Source of the DNA: Candidatus Nealsonbacteria bacterium
Lineage (GTDB): Bacteria; Patescibacteriota; Minisyncoccia; Minisyncoccales; GWA2-38-27
Reading direction: 5' to 3'
Length of the DNA stretch: 57,222 nt
Assembly: GCA_030617105.1 (NCBI GenBank)
Contig: JAUWWC010000003.1
Location: 1 to 57,222, forward strand
Shown: positions 27,269 through 38,391 of the stretch, piece after piece
How the letters are laid out: every line of letters begins with the position of its first letter
Position numbering within the stretch: position 1 is the first letter of the stretch
Notes under the pieces: generated by a model
The model's database searches: none
Told to the model about the DNA's origin: nothing
What the model saw: only the letters and a program-made list of their open reading frames with translations
Made by a program: the position numbers and the translations under genes

Positions 27269-28714
27269 TTATTTTATTTCCGAAACACAACGAAGACAAA
27301 GTTCCTCTCGAGCACGACCAAGTATACAAATCAAATCATTCACAGTATTGTACTTTAAACTATCAACTCCTAAATACTCTATCCTATCTTTAATCATAGG
27401 ATGTAAATGAGCCAAAACTTCTCCTCTTCTGGTTGTCTTACCGCAAGAACAATAAGAAAGAAGCGGCGGGAAAGAAGCTCGTATATGAATTTCTGCTTTG
27501 ATGTTAATGCCATTTATTTCTTTCTCGAATATCATTCTTATTTTAGGAGCTAATTTTGACTTAATCTGAACACCTCTAACTACTGAATCCTCGCAAACAA
27601 CGATTATTATACGGCCGTTTGACAAGATATCTTGTGATATTATAGTCAAACCTGCATTTTCTAACATCCGCAGGAAATCCTCAATTGTCTCTGCTGTAAT
27701 CACAATCTTATAATGAGCTGTTTCTCTTCTATCTTCTGGGGTCGGACGCAAAAAACTTCTTGCAAAACCATATTTAAACAAACACTTCTTGCGAAATGGA
27801 ACTCTATCTATCTTGCCCAACATAATCTGTCGGTCAAACTCTGCTTTATAACCATCTGCATGAACTTCGCCAGAATCGGGAACACCTATAACTACATGGG
27901 GAATAAAACCTTCTTCAATGTCCTTACGGGCCAAGCAAGCCCCTAATTGTTCTCTTATCAAAGTAACAGGGACTCCATGCACTATAGCAGCTGCCGAGGA
28001 GGTGTAAACACTGTAAAAACTACACTCTTCTACCCTCGCTTTTTTAACAACACGGTTTACTAGCCTCCAGGATCCATCTTTCAATAATACAATCTCCCCT
28101 GGTTTAATATCGTAGTAAGGCCTAAATCCAAGATTATCAAATCCTCCACATTCTGAAGAAACAATTACAGCAGAATCAGTTGTTCCAATAACTAAAGGCC
28201 ACTGACCAGAAGAATTACGCACAGCGTAAATTCCTTCTTTTGAAAGAAGAAGAAGCGAATAAGCTCCTTTCACTTTTTCACTCATCTTCTTAATGCCGTG
28301 GACAATATTAACTCCTTGAACTATAAGCTTGGCTATTACCTCGATATCATCCCCCTCTTCAAAAATATGACCAATTTTATCAAACTCGTCTACTAATTCC
28401 CGACGATTAGTAATGTTGCCGGTGAAACAAATACTGAATGGACCGAATTTCGATTTCTTTACATGAAAAGGCTCTCTCTCTGACCCGCAATATCCTAATC
28501 CTTCAGTACCAACAAACTGATCTATTATGCTCCTAAAATTAGCTGGGAAAAGACCTGGTTTGCTTTTACTTGTAATCACTCCTCCATTAATAGCTGCTAA
28601 ACCAGTATGTTCTTCGCCAAGGTGCCTGTTGTAAAAAGTTCCCCAAAAAAGTGTTTTTCTGAAAAATGAACTACTTACACTACTATCAACGCTAATTCCA
28701 AATAATCCTGCCAT
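27269..28714 (-). CDS. Divergent amidophosphoribosyltransferase-like protein lacking the catalytic N-terminal Cys
   Basis: Ntn domain (GNITN, GAYSL, SECG) plus PRTase domain (VPDSG, EDSVVRG); LCLRC end; begins MAG rather than MCG. Confidence 0.82.
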   Translation of the reverse strand: MAGLFGISVDSSVSSSFFRKTLFWGTFYNRHLGEEHTGLAAINGGVITSKSKPGLFPANFRSIIDQFVGTEGLGYCGSEREPFHVKKSKFGPFSICFTGNITNRRELVDEFDKIGHIFEEGDDIEVIAKLIVQGVNIVHGIKKMSEKVKGAYSLLLLSKEGIYAVRNSSGQWPLVIGTTDSAVIVSSECGGFDNLGFRPYYDIKPGEIVLLKDGSWRLVNRVVKKARVEECSFYSVYTSSAAAIVHGVPVTLIREQLGACLARKDIEEGFIPHVVIGVPDSGEVHADGYKAEFDRQIMLGKIDRVPFRKKCLFKYGFARSFLRPTPEDRRETAHYKIVITAETIEDFLRMLENAGLTIISQDILSNGRIIIVVCEDSVVRGVQIKSKLAPKIRMIFEKEINGINIKAEIHIRASFPPLLSYCSCGKTTRRGEVLAHLHPMIKDRIEYLGVDSLKYNTVNDLICILGRAREELCLRCVSEIK

Positions 28715-28821
28715 TTTCTTTCTCCTTTTTTAAAATTCCATTCTTTTAGTTTTCAGTTTTCAACGAACATCTCTGATATTTTTTACTACCATATCTTAAA
28801 AACAAAAACAAGCTAAAATTA

Positions 28822-30534
28822 CTAAAAATAGTTTAATAGTTTGGATAGAGGTTGAGTGTTGATAATATCTTTTTTTTCTGCCCAGCCGCGGCGGGCTTGG
28901 GCAATGCCAAATTTAATAAGCTCTAATTGTTCTATACGATGGGCATCAGTATTAATTATCATTTTCACTCCTATTTTTTTTGCTTTTCTAATATTGATAT
29001 CTTTTAAATCTAATCTATCAGGAAATGAGTCAATTTCAAGAATTGTATTTGTCTCTTTTGCTGTTTTTAAAATCTTATCAAAATCAATTTGATATTCATC
29101 TCTGCGTTTAAGTATTCTTCCAGTTGGATGAGAAATAATATCAACATTAGGATTTTTCATTGCTGTAATTATTCTTTCAGTCATTCTTTTTTTATCCATT
29201 TTCATGCTGGAATGAACTCCAGCAATGACAAAATCTAGCTTAGCTAAAGCTTCATCTTTAATATCAATCGAACCATCATTCATAATATTAGATTCGCAAC
29301 CTTGGAGAATTCTAATTTTAGAACCAAACTTCTTATTTAATTTATCAATCTCTTTTCTCTGTTTTGCTAATTGCTTCTCATTTAATCCATGCTCTATTCT
29401 TAAAAACTTGGTATGGTCTGCAATTCCAATATATTTATATCCCATATTGATGCCTGCTTTTGCTATTTTTTCAATTGAATTTACTCCGCCATCCCAATTG
29501 GAATGACAATGCAAGTCGCCTTTAATATCATTATATTCAATAATCTTAGGCAATTTCTTTTTCCGAGCAAGTTCTATCTCTCCTTGATTTTCTCTCATTT
29601 CCGGAGCAATTAAATCAAGCCCTATTGCATTATATACTTCTTTTTCTGTTTTCCCGGCAATCATGTGTCTACCTTTGAAAACTCCGTATTCATTTAATTT
29701 CAATCCTTTACTTATGGCAAGCCGGCGAGTAGCAATGTTATGTTCTTTAGAGCCAGTAAAATACTGTAAAGCAGAACCATAACTTTTTAAAGGAACAACT
29801 CTCAAATCCATATCAAACTTGCCCTTGGTTCTAACAGAAGAACGAGTAGAACCCTTGCTCCAAACTTTGACTACTTCAGGCATAGAAACAAAAAAAGCCA
29901 TTACTTTCTCTGGCTTTTTTGAAACTACTAAAATATCAACATCTCCTATTGTTTCTTTTACTCTTCTGACAGAACCTGCAATGCTTATCTTTTCAACTTC
30001 TTTTAGTTTACTTAATCTTTCTAAAACTTTATCTACAAGCGGCATTATCTCTCCTAAAAGAAATCTTCCTTTGCTTCTTTTTAAAAAAGCAATTCCTTGT
30101 AAAATATTCTTTTCTGTTTTTTCTCCAAACCCTTCTAAAGGAGCTATTTTATGAGCTTTAGCTGCTTTTTCTAAATCTTTTAAATTTTTAATCTTTAATT
30201 TTTGGTAAAGAAGTTTTACTTTTTTCACTCCCATCCCTTCAACTGCAATCAATTCTCCTAAATTTATTGGTGTTTCCTTTTTTAATCTTTCATAAGTTCT
30301 AACCCTGCCTGTTTTTAAATATTCTTCAATCTTTAAAGCAATGTTTTTTCCTACTCCAGGAATCTCTTTTAATGTCTTTAACCCTCCTTGCTTGTAAACA
30401 TCTTCAATGTCTTGTTCCAAGCTTTCTAAAACAATTGCAACTTTTTTATAAGCGTAAGCTCTGAAAGAACCATTATCCATTTCAAGATAATTCGCCATGT
30501 CGTAAAATATCTTGGCTATTTCTTGATTTTTCAT
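28822..30534 (-). CDS. polX: DNA polymerase X with PHP domain
   Basis: GSVRR.KETIGDVD, YFTGSK.HN, DLHCHS.W and NTDAH motifs. Confidence 0.96.
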   Translation of the reverse strand: MKNQEIAKIFYDMANYLEMDNGSFRAYAYKKVAIVLESLEQDIEDVYKQGGLKTLKEIPGVGKNIALKIEEYLKTGRVRTYERLKKETPINLGELIAVEGMGVKKVKLLYQKLKIKNLKDLEKAAKAHKIAPLEGFGEKTEKNILQGIAFLKRSKGRFLLGEIMPLVDKVLERLSKLKEVEKISIAGSVRRVKETIGDVDILVVSKKPEKVMAFFVSMPEVVKVWSKGSTRSSVRTKGKFDMDLRVVPLKSYGSALQYFTGSKEHNIATRRLAISKGLKLNEYGVFKGRHMIAGKTEKEVYNAIGLDLIAPEMRENQGEIELARKKKLPKIIEYNDIKGDLHCHSNWDGGVNSIEKIAKAGINMGYKYIGIADHTKFLRIEHGLNEKQLAKQRKEIDKLNKKFGSKIRILQGCESNIMNDGSIDIKDEALAKLDFVIAGVHSSMKMDKKRMTERIITAMKNPNVDIISHPTGRILKRRDEYQIDFDKILKTAKETNTILEIDSFPDRLDLKDINIRKAKKIGVKMIINTDAHRIEQLELIKFGIAQARRGWAEKKDIINTQPLSKLLNYF

Positions 30535-30537
30535 ACA

Positions 30538-31179
30538 TTATGTCTTTGGCAAAAGGAATACTCTTTGCCGCGATGTTTTTGGAAGAATGTCTTTCATAAT
30601 AAATAAAAATAAAAGGGCAGCTATTACATTAAAAACGCTTACTCCAATAAAAAGAGGTATAAAACCAAAAGATTGAGCTACTGTTCCTCCTATGATTCCG
30701 GTTATTCCTGCTCCAAGCCCAAGCGCAGAACTGTCCAAACTCCAGCAGAATGCTTCTCTTCTTTTTTCAATATGACGGGTAAATATTGCTGACCAGGAAG
30801 GAATAGCCATTGCCATTCCCAAAGCATGGATTACTTGAGCAATATATATATGCCAAGATATGGTAGCGAATATAAAGATGATGGGCGTGATAGCAGTTAA
30901 AAGAGTACCGATAAATAAAGCGTAATAATCATCTTTTTCTCCATGATTTAAATCCAAATAATGAGCTATAGGTATTTGAAGAACAGATTTTACAAGCAAA
31001 TAAATTCCAACAGCTATTCCAACAACTCTGGCATTTCCTCCTTGAATATTATTAACAATAAAAATAGCTAAAATCGGACCAATCAAGCCCCAGCCAGAAT
31101 TCAAAAACAAATCAGAGAAAACCATTATCTTCACAACTTTATTTATCCCCTTTCTTTTTTTCTTTTTTTTCTTTACCAT
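30538..31179 (-). CDS. Half-size (about 6 TM) MFS-like membrane protein
   Basis: Six hydrophobic helices with an MFS-like pattern. Confidence 0.75.
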   Translation of the reverse strand: MVKKKKKKRKGINKVVKIMVFSDLFLNSGWGLIGPILAIFIVNNIQGGNARVVGIAVGIYLLVKSVLQIPIAHYLDLNHGEKDDYYALFIGTLLTAITPIIFIFATISWHIYIAQVIHALGMAMAIPSWSAIFTRHIEKRREAFCWSLDSSALGLGAGITGIIGGTVAQSFGFIPLFIGVSVFNVIAALLFLFIMKDILPKTSRQRVFLLPKT

Positions 31180-31220
31180 AATTATTTTATTCTACCAAAC
31201 CTTAATTTTTAAATCAAATA

Positions 31221-31244
31221 AAAAGGCTGGTTGTTTAACCAGCC
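31221..31244 (-). terminator. Intrinsic terminator after the Gam-like gene
   Basis: ggctggtt...aaccagcc with a T-run on the minus strand. Confidence 0.7.
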
Positions 31245-31264
31245 CTGTTTTCATTGCCCCGCGA

Positions 31265-31810
31265 CTACTTCTTTGGCAGAACTTTCTTAAGTTTTTTTGT
31301 ATCCCTGACAATCTCAACTACTTCAGCGGGTTTAACTACAAATTGTTCTTTTTGCCCAATCCTTACTCCCTTAATCCTGCTAGCCATTTCAGGTTCTTTT
31401 AGCATTGCTTCTTTATCCAGCTCTTCTTTAACCCTGATGAAACGTTTGAGTCTGTGACGTTTACATAGTGCTATAACTTTTTTAACATTCCGAAGCGAAA
31501 CAGCAGGTGGATTCAATTGCCAAAAAATACTTCCGGTTAAAAGATCGACTCTTTTTCTCTTACCTCCGTCCGTCAGCATACTACGATGAGCTCGGGCAAA
31601 GACATATATTGATTTAAAAAGTTCATCTATCGTCTCCTGGAGAGGCAAACTTATTTGTACCGCTCGAGTTTTAATTTGTTCTATATCTTCATTAATCCTT
31701 GTCTGAATCTGCTCAAGCTTCCTTTGACACTTTCCTATTTCACTAACAAATAATGAAACTTCTTCAATTGATTTGGGAACTACTATTGGTCTCTTTTTTT
31801 CCTTAGCCAT
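31265..31810 (-). CDS. Mu Gam-like host-nuclease inhibitor
   Basis: N-terminal coiled coil; G.I.W...PP.V; FIR.KEELDKEA.L.....A..I.GV.I...E.F.V.P. Confidence 0.85.
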   Translation of the reverse strand: MAKEKKRPIVVPKSIEEVSLFVSEIGKCQRKLEQIQTRINEDIEQIKTRAVQISLPLQETIDELFKSIYVFARAHRSMLTDGGKRKRVDLLTGSIFWQLNPPAVSLRNVKKVIALCKRHRLKRFIRVKEELDKEAMLKEPEMASRIKGVRIGQKEQFVVKPAEVVEIVRDTKKLKKVLPKK

Positions 31811-31878
31811 CTTTTTCTCCTTTTAAAAGTGCAACATTTTCTCAATTTTACTCAATGTTTGGTTATACCCTAAATCAT

Positions 31879-32607
31879 TTAAAAAAGCAAGTTCTGTAAG
31901 GTTTTTGCGTTTTCAACTGCGTGGCCAAGGGCGTCGTTATTGAAGTATACAAAAACGTCTCTATTTTGTTTTTGCCATTTTTTTATCTTTTTGGCAAGAG
32001 TTTCTAATTCTTTTTTAGTATATTTTGAAGAGAATAAAACTTTAGAGCCATGCATTCTAATATAGACAAAATCAGCAGTCAGTTCCTCGGCTTTAGGATA
32101 AGAAGGAGAATCAGCAATTACCCAGGCAGCATTGTATTTTTTTAATAAATTATAAATCTTTTGCTTGCACCAAGTCTCATGCCTGAATTCAAAAGCAACA
32201 GAGACCGGGTCTCTGATAAACTTTAAAAACTTTTCTAATCTTTTAATATTCTCATCACTTGCTTTAAAATTCGGAGGAAACTGAAATAAAATTGGACCAA
32301 GTTTTTCTTTAAGATTTAAAGCGTTCTTAATAAATACTTTCCAGGCAGCATTAACACCCTTTAATCTTTTAATATGAGTAATAAAACGGCTGGCTTTGAC
32401 AGAGAATAAAAAATCCCCAGGAGTCTGGGAATACCAATCCTTATAAATAGCTGGTTTTGGCAAACGATAAAAAGAATAGTTTACTTCAGTAGTTTTAAAA
32501 TGCTGAGAAAAGTATTTTAATTTATATTTAGAACTTAAGCTTTTAGGATAAAAAACTTGTTCCCAATGAGGATAAACCCAACCAGATGTACCAATATATA
32601 TTGCCAT
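31879..32607 (-). CDS. DUF72 family protein
   Basis: IGTSGW.Y..W, EVN.SFY, LFQFPP, EFRH..W, YIRMHG and YFNND motifs. Confidence 0.93.
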   Translation of the reverse strand: MAIYIGTSGWVYPHWEQVFYPKSLSSKYKLKYFSQHFKTTEVNYSFYRLPKPAIYKDWYSQTPGDFLFSVKASRFITHIKRLKGVNAAWKVFIKNALNLKEKLGPILFQFPPNFKASDENIKRLEKFLKFIRDPVSVAFEFRHETWCKQKIYNLLKKYNAAWVIADSPSYPKAEELTADFVYIRMHGSKVLFSSKYTKKELETLAKKIKKWQKQNRDVFVYFNNDALGHAVENAKTLQNLLF

Positions 32608-32612
32608 GGTTT

Positions 32613-33251
32613 CTAAATCCTAGGCTTTTTGTGTTTGTGAAACTTATTATCCATTTCTCTAATGACTTCAAGTAAAACCGGATCATCAAAATGTTCTCTT
32701 GCCCACAACCACCACGGTCCTTGAGGGGGTTTTTTATACTTTTTCCAGTATTCCATAGATTGCAGAAAATCCTCTAATCTATCCATCTGACGGAAAAATC
32801 TTCCCTCAATGGTCAATCCCTTTTCGTAATCCAACCAAAGATTTTTTATCTCTTTTCTTAAGCTGGGGGGAAGACCTGACGTAAGTTTTTCTATTCCATT
32901 CTTTTCTTTTCTATATTTTTCCCGAGCTATTCTCTTTTTTTCAGAATTTGAAAATCTTGGCCAGGTCTTCATTAATTCTGCTCTTTTCTTTTTAGTTCTT
33001 GGAAGAACTGAATCGTAGGGAGTTGTGTCGCCAGCATATATTTCACATAAATCATGGATTAAAGCTATTTTAAGAACTTTTTCAATATTAAGTCCTTTTT
33101 TCTTCCTGCCCAAAATCCAAGCCATTATTGCTGCTCGAAAAGTATGTTCAGCAATACTCTCTGGATTCTTTATATCATTTATTATCCATCCCCTCCTGGG
33201 TTTACCTTTCAATTTTCCTATTTCATGGAAAAAATTAACTAATTCTTTCAT
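32613..33251 (-). CDS. HD-domain phosphohydrolase, YfbR/HDDC2-like
   Basis: R.GW, ESIAEH and HDL.E...GD motifs. Confidence 0.9.
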   Translation of the reverse strand: MKELVNFFHEIGKLKGKPRRGWIINDIKNPESIAEHTFRAAIMAWILGRKKKGLNIEKVLKIALIHDLCEIYAGDTTPYDSVLPRTKKKRAELMKTWPRFSNSEKKRIAREKYRKEKNGIEKLTSGLPPSLRKEIKNLWLDYEKGLTIEGRFFRQMDRLEDFLQSMEYWKKYKKPPQGPWWLWAREHFDDPVLLEVIREMDNKFHKHKKPRI

Positions 33252-33325
33252 GTTTATACTATAACTATTATTATTTAAAAAAACAACCCCACCAAGGCGG
33301 AGCTGTTTTAATCACTAACTAATAA

Positions 33326-33796
33326 TTAGCTATATTTTATCTTCTTAATCTTATAAACTGTTTTTATTGGAGAGGAAACAACAACTTCATCTCCAGTTTT
33401 GTGGCCTAAAAGAGCTACTCCAACTGGCGACTCATTGCTAATCCTGCCTAACGAGGGATTAGCTTCAAGCGTCCCTACAATTGTGAATTCGTCTCTCTCT
33501 CCATCTACTTTTACTTTAACTGTTGCTCCTAAATTAATCATTTTTGATTCTTTTTTAGAAGGGGGCTTAATCAGAAAAGCATTTTTTAAAATATTTTCAA
33601 GCTCAGCTATCCTTGTTTCAAGAAAACTCAAATCTTCTTGAAAAGAAAGATACTCAGGATTTAAATCCTCTGATTCCCATATCTTTGGAGCCTCCCCTTT
33701 AGTCTTAGCAGCTCTAAGATTCTTCAGGGTTTGGTGCTCTTTTTTGAAGTTCTCTAATCCTTTTTTTGTTAAATAGAATTTTTTTCTTTCTGTCAT
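33326..33796 (-). CDS. greA: GreA/GreB family elongation factor
   Basis: YLT..G, RIAELE.IL, IVG..EA.P..G.IS.ESPVG.ALLG. Confidence 0.88.
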   Translation of the reverse strand: MTERKKFYLTKKGLENFKKEHQTLKNLRAAKTKGEAPKIWESEDLNPEYLSFQEDLSFLETRIAELENILKNAFLIKPPSKKESKMINLGATVKVKVDGERDEFTIVGTLEANPSLGRISNESPVGVALLGHKTGDEVVVSSPIKTVYKIKKIKYS

Positions 33797-33976
33797 ATTT
33801 TTGCCTCCTTTATTTCATTTTAGTTTTTTTAAATAATGTGTCAATAGCTGTTTAATAAAACTAACTAATATAGGTTTTTTAGTTTACTTTTTAAAGTTTT
33901 CCACAAGTATATATTATTGTATTCCAGCCAACTGTTTTGTCAAGAGCCAAGCACTGTGGAAAACTCATGCAAAACA

Positions 33977-34000
33977 AAAACTTAGCCGGGCTAAGTTTTT
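33977..34000. terminator. Hairpin or terminator
   Basis: aaaaacttagc-cgg-gctaagttttt. Confidence 0.7.
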
Positions 34001-34019
34001 CAGTTATATATATTATCTA

Positions 34020-34964
34020 TTAAAGAAAGTACTCGCACTCATTACATCTTTCCTCGCAAATACACTTTTTAGATTTACCAAAAATAGATAATAAGTGTCC
34101 TTTTGGTATAATTGGCAATTCCCCTATATCAGCCTCAATGTTTCTTATTCCTGACTCAGACCTTAATTGTTTTGCTATAAGGTTATTTATTCTTTTCAAA
34201 CTTGGAGAAACTATGCCTATGATTAAATTTTGGTGATGACCAGAAGGAAATCTTACTAAGTTATAAACTAAGGGGCAATTTTCAAATTTCTTTGTTAGTT
34301 TAGAAATAACCTTGGAAGGAGCTTCAACCCCAATAGTAGCACTTACTGAATAAAATTTCTCAATATTTAATAATCCCTGAATTATTAACATATCATTCTC
34401 AATTAATTTCTCAACCCTTTTTTTAACGCCAACTGAGGTTAATCCTGTCTTTTTAGCAATATCTACAAAGCTTTTTCTTCCATCCTGAGACAGGGCTTTA
34501 ATTATCTCAAAGTCAATCTCATCTAAAGCTGCTAAACTCCAAGAACTAGGAGCAGGGTAATCTTCAACTGAGAAATCAGCTACTTTCATCCTATCACACA
34601 AAACAGCAAACTTTATATCTTTTATCTTTAACTTCTCTTTCTTTTCTCGCATAAGCCCCATAACTATCCTATAGGCCTTGCCAGTAACAATATCGTTGTC
34701 AACTAATAAAACCTTTCTTCCTTTGACTTTGTCTTGTTCCAATCCTTTTCCATAATCATCCATTGTAAAAAAAGTGATATCTTTCTTTTTCTGAGATAAC
34801 CACTTATAAAGACCTTCTCCATAAAAAACGCCATCGTCTTCCAAGCCAATGACACATGCTTTATCCTTTCCAAAATACCTCTCTACATTTTTCCCTATCC
34901 CATTAATAAACTTCTTGATTGGCTTAAGAGTTAAAAGAGTATTTTTCTGCATATTTTTTAACAT
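34020..34964 (-). CDS. PRTase-like domain fused to an Lrp/AsnC regulator
   Basis: VLLVDNDIVTG (PRPP-loop-like); LDEID..II..L..DGR.S...IAK HTH; Cys-rich tail. Confidence 0.8.
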   Translation of the reverse strand: MLKNMQKNTLLTLKPIKKFINGIGKNVERYFGKDKACVIGLEDDGVFYGEGLYKWLSQKKKDITFFTMDDYGKGLEQDKVKGRKVLLVDNDIVTGKAYRIVMGLMREKKEKLKIKDIKFAVLCDRMKVADFSVEDYPAPSSWSLAALDEIDFEIIKALSQDGRKSFVDIAKKTGLTSVGVKKRVEKLIENDMLIIQGLLNIEKFYSVSATIGVEAPSKVISKLTKKFENCPLVYNLVRFPSGHHQNLIIGIVSPSLKRINNLIAKQLRSESGIRNIEADIGELPIIPKGHLLSIFGKSKKCICEERCNECEYFL

Positions 34965-35808
34965 AATGTTTTATTAACTTATCACGTAGTTCAGGAGTTG
35001 AAGTAGCAATTAGTAAATCTACCTTGGCATGCTGTCTGCCAGGAATAAATTGGTAATCCTGGTAACTGCCATCTGAATCAACACTAACGACCTGGCAACC
35101 AGCTTTCTTAGCAATTGGAAAACCGGGGTCTATTTCTGAACGAGGTTCATTAAACATTACATAGGCATCAATTAGGCCTGAAGCAAGAAAAGCATAGATA
35201 TATGAACCGCCATGGGGATAGAAAAGCCCTTTAGGATGCATATTTCTTACTAAATCCCCGAAAATATCAAGAAACTTTGCAGAATATTGAGAACTCATTA
35301 TGTAACTGGATAAAACAATAGGTTCTGTTAGTTTTTTCCTGACACCAGGTTTAACTTTCTTTTTGTGCTCTCCATTCATTGAAACTAAATAATTTCCATC
35401 TTCTTCAGTGATATAATATTTATCATTAACAATATCAGCGATACCGCAGCATAAAGGGTTTCTCTTTTTGTCAAAGAAACTTAGGGCTGTATACCAATTA
35501 TGTTCAAATCCCCGAAGGTAAAGCATTGAACCATCAAAAGGATCAACTGAACCGTAAATTTCTCCTCCGTTTTTAATATCTCTATCTTCTGGCTCAGAAA
35601 AAATAGTTGCTTTTACTTTATGCTCTTTTAGAAGCTTTTCTAAAATATCTTCTCCTACTCTGTCAATCCCAATTTCAAGGTCTTCTGGCCTGTTTATTGT
35701 TTCACCCAAAACCTGCCTGCCTTTGTCTTGGTTAGCCATTTTTTTCACTTCTTGAGTCGTCTCAACTAAATACTCAACTAACAACTTTTTTAAATCTTGC
35801 CTTTGCAT
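34924..35808 (-). CDS. Inositol monophosphatase/FBPase family protein
   Basis: ID...E, IFSE and VDPFDGS motifs. Confidence 0.82.
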   Translation of the reverse strand: MQRQDLKKLLVEYLVETTQEVKKMANQDKGRQVLGETINRPEDLEIGIDRVGEDILEKLLKEHKVKATIFSEPEDRDIKNGGEIYGSVDPFDGSMLYLRGFEHNWYTALSFFDKKRNPLCCGIADIVNDKYYITEEDGNYLVSMNGEHKKKVKPGVRKKLTEPIVLSSYIMSSQYSAKFLDIFGDLVRNMHPKGLFYPHGGSYIYAFLASGLIDAYVMFNEPRSEIDPGFPIAKKAGCQVVSVDSDGSYQDYQFIPGRQHAKVDLLIATSTPELRDKLIKHYVKKYAEKYSFNS

Positions 35809-35862
35809 ATATAAAAAGGTCTTTGATTGATTTTAACATAACCAAATTTATATGCCAATTGA

Positions 35863-37482
<1,620 letters not shown>

Positions 37483-37489
37483 TTATAAA

Positions 37490-37777
37490 TTACTCAATAA
37501 TTGCTAATATATCTTCTTCTTTAGCAATCAAATATTCTTTATCGCCGACCTTTATTTCATTTGGACCATATTTGGTAAATAAAACTTTGTCTCCTGGTTT
37601 TACTTCCAAAGGAATAACTTTTCCAGCTCTTTTTTGACCTGGGCCAACAGCAATCACCCGGCCTTGTTCAGGTCTTTCTTTCTCAGCTGTGTCTGGAAGC
37701 AAAATCCCAGCTTTTGTTTTTTCCTCCTCTTTTATCGGCTCAATTAATATATGATCAGATAATGGTTTAATGTTCAT
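37490..37777 (-). CDS. groS: Co-chaperonin GroES
   Basis: IKPL.D, GILLPDTA.KE.P..G.V.AVG.G. Confidence 0.98.
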   Translation of the reverse strand: MNIKPLSDHILIEPIKEEEKTKAGILLPDTAEKERPEQGRVIAVGPGQKRAGKVIPLEVKPGDKVLFTKYGPNEIKVGDKEYLIAKEEDILAIIE

Positions 37778-37788
37778 AAAATTATAAT

Positions 37789-37862
37789 GCGAATCTACGA
37801 ATGATATACGAATGTTGCGAATAATTTATTCGCGGCATTCGCATTTAATTCGCGTCATTCGG
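37789..37862. repeat. Mirror array of 4x CGAAT then 4x ATTCG in the groES leader
   Basis: CGAAT at 37790, 37798, 37809 and 37818; ATTCG at 37828, 37837, 37848 and 37857. Confidence 0.85.
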
Positions 37863-37934
37863 ATTATGTTATATTTTTTAATATCTATCATTTTACCCAC
37901 CCAAAGATATTTGTCAAGTCTTTGTCAAGCCCTA

Positions 37935-37976
37935 TCAAAAAAACAGCCCCGAAATCAATTTATTTGATAACGGGGC
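37935..37976 (-). terminator. Cassette terminator, family 2, copy A
   Basis: 27 bp (37935-37961) identical to 39075-39101; gccccg...cggggc stem with T-run. Confidence 0.75.
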
Positions 37977-37987
37977 CGCGTTCCTAT

Positions 37988-38293
37988 TTAAACAAGGCTT
38001 AAAAATAAAGCTCGCTCAAACTCTTCTAGGCTGCAATTGATCTTTACTTCCACTGGATCCGATATGTGAGAATCTATCGAGACTGAATTCTCTTGGTAAT
38101 CAATGGTAATAGTTATTTTTTCTTCTCCTAATTCATAAACAACTTCCTCTTTTTTGTTTGTTAAAACGTCCTTAAGCGCCAGTTTTGGGATGCTCCTGAA
38201 TTTTGTTTCGATACCCATGACGCAAAACCTAAAACGAATCATAGAGTCTATGTCAACACGTCGAGTTCCATTTTGTTGATCTCTTACTATCAT
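37988..38293 (-). CDS. Hypothetical protein; start MIVRDQQ
   Basis: AAGGAG SD within the repeated leader precedes ATG 38293. Confidence 0.7.
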   Translation of the reverse strand: MIVRDQQNGTRRVDIDSMIRFRFCVMGIETKFRSIPKLALKDVLTNKKEEVVYELGEEKITITIDYQENSVSIDSHISDPVEVKINCSLEEFERALFLSLV

Positions 38294-38298
38294 TTCTG

Positions 38299-38391
38299 AT
38301 CTCCTTTTATTAAATTTTGAAATTACATTACATACAGCAACGCACTGCAATGTTTATACACTATCACACATCCCTGCTCCTGTCAAGCCCA
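38299..38391 (-). repeat. Promoter/leader direct repeat, family 2, copy A
   Basis: 85/93 identical to 39695-39787; TTGACA-17-TAGTGT and AAGGAG. Confidence 0.93.

Noticed and set aside
33897-33963. Replication origin from two inverted TTTTCCACA DnaA-box-like 9-mers
   Set aside because: Only two one-mismatch boxes and no dnaA or dnaN nearby; insufficient.
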